From Pseudobdellovibrionaceae bacterium (GTDB lineage: Bacteria; Bdellovibrionota; Bdellovibrionia; Bdellovibrionales; Bdellovibrionaceae): DNA of 53,168 bases. Both the position numbers and the translations under genes were made by a program. Of the stretch, positions 52,714-53,168 are shown piece after piece. Numbering within the stretch: the first letter of the stretch is position 1; the number at the start of each line of letters is the position of its first letter. The notes beneath the pieces were generated by a model. That model saw only the letters and a program-made list of their open reading frames with translations. It made no database searches and was not told the origin of the DNA. The stretch lies in assembly GCA_049315665.1 (NCBI GenBank), contig JBMOJS010000001.1, forward strand, positions 1-53,168, written 5' to 3'.

Positions 52714-53029
52714 TAGCTTGCCTACCTAAATCTGCTGGAGACCATTTCAAATACTGTTGGACTAATTTTTATTTATTCAACAAAAGTAACACAACAGCAA
52801 AAACAACATTTCAACGACTATGCCAACGCCTTTATTTGTTTTATTTGTTATAAGCCAATATTAGGTGTCTACGTACTTTACAAGTGCCGTTGAAATTTGT
52901 TGAACTTTTTGACACTTTTTTAAAGAACTTAGGGACATCGTTTGGTTATGTAATTGGAATTGTCTTTTCTTTGCAGCATGATGTTTTCCTTATCAATTTT
53001 ATGCCTGATTTAAATTAGGGTTTAAATGG

Positions 53030-53068
53030 TGTCATTTATAGTTGACATACTGTCATTTATAGTTGACA
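53030..53068 (+). promoter_or_regulatory. tandem palindromic operator-like repeats
   Basis: tgtcatttatagttgaca occurs twice (53030-53047 and 53051-53068). Each is a TGTCA-N8-TGACA inverted repeat. They end 8 nt before the next ATG. Confidence 0.55.
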
Positions 53069-53075
53069 ATCAAGT

Positions 53076-53168
53076 ATGAGTCAAAAACGCCAAGCGATCT
53101 ACTATAGGAATCTAGTAAGTGGAAAAGAGCCGGCCAAAGAATGGATCGGTTCACTTAAAGATAATATG
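53076..53168 (+). CDS. RelE/ParE-superfamily toxin (phage Gp49-like), partial at the window end
   Basis: MSQKRQAIYYRNLVSGKEPAKEWIGSLKDN resembles the N-termini of Gp49-like toxins (..G..P..EWL.SL.D). Truncated by the window edge. Confidence 0.5.
   Translation, partial: MSQKRQAIYYRNLVSGKEPAKEWIGSLKDNM

Noticed and set aside
52802-52905. Long-range inverted repeat (aacaacatttcaacg / cgttgaaatttgttg) and a tandem ttatttgt x2 in the 52.7-53.0 kb spacer
   Set aside because: The arms are imperfect, with one indel, in very AT-rich DNA, and the loop is ~70 nt. It could be regulatory, but I cannot distinguish it from chance.
1-53168. CRISPR arrays, rRNA genes, IS elements/transposases, prophage structural genes
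   Set aside because: I found no regularly spaced direct repeats, no rRNA-like conserved segments, no DDE or other transposase motifs with terminal inverted repeats, and no capsid, terminase or tail genes on either strand.

Overview
The window has two parts. Family calls rest on motif recognition by eye, because no searches could be run.

**Left part (1-11.5 kb): ordinary chromosomal backbone.**
- A run of signal-peptide proteins, including a catalytically dead trypsin-fold protein and an ORF pair split by a single in-frame TGA.
- A RelE/HTH toxin-antitoxin pair.
- Housekeeping genes: FAD oxidoreductase, psd, DEAD-box helicase, queD plus a second PTPS paralog, dps, tRNA-Lys and tRNA-Glu.

**Right part (11.5 kb to the window end): visibly more AT-rich accessory DNA.**
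- It starts at tRNA-Glu. A large serine recombinase ORF terminates inside the tRNA gene.
- It looks like an integrative conjugative element. A Trb/VirB-like mating-pair-formation operon (VirB2,3,4,5,6,8,9,10 analogues in trb order) is paired with an FtsK/SpoIIIE-type translocase and a replication-relaxation-like protein. No VirD4, VirB11 or MOB relaxase was recognised.
- Other element genes: an orphan DNA methyltransferase, two XRE regulators, a GNAT and a Sec-signal-bearing FlgC-like protein.

**Most interesting signals.**
- A near-perfect sigma54 promoter (TGGCAC-N5-TTGC, minus strand, 30691-30706) heads a five-gene unknown operon that runs into the T4SS genes.
- Divergent from it is a tightly translationally coupled six-gene operon: sigma54 response-regulator activator, two small ORFs, a membrane-anchored family-5 solute-binding protein, a standalone YcaO-like protein and a hybrid histidine kinase. 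An RND efflux system follows. I could not match this combination to any described system.

**Further right.** A secreted alpha/beta hydrolase, a TIGR02147-family protein (which suggests a Bdellovibrio-like host), a DUF2089/membrane/SHOCT-like trio, two adjacent genes each broken by a homopolymer frameshift (one is a SIR2-like putative defence gene), an 823-aa secreted orphan, and a partial RelE-like toxin behind tandem palindromic operators.

No CRISPR array, rRNA or transposase was seen. The right boundary of the island was not found.
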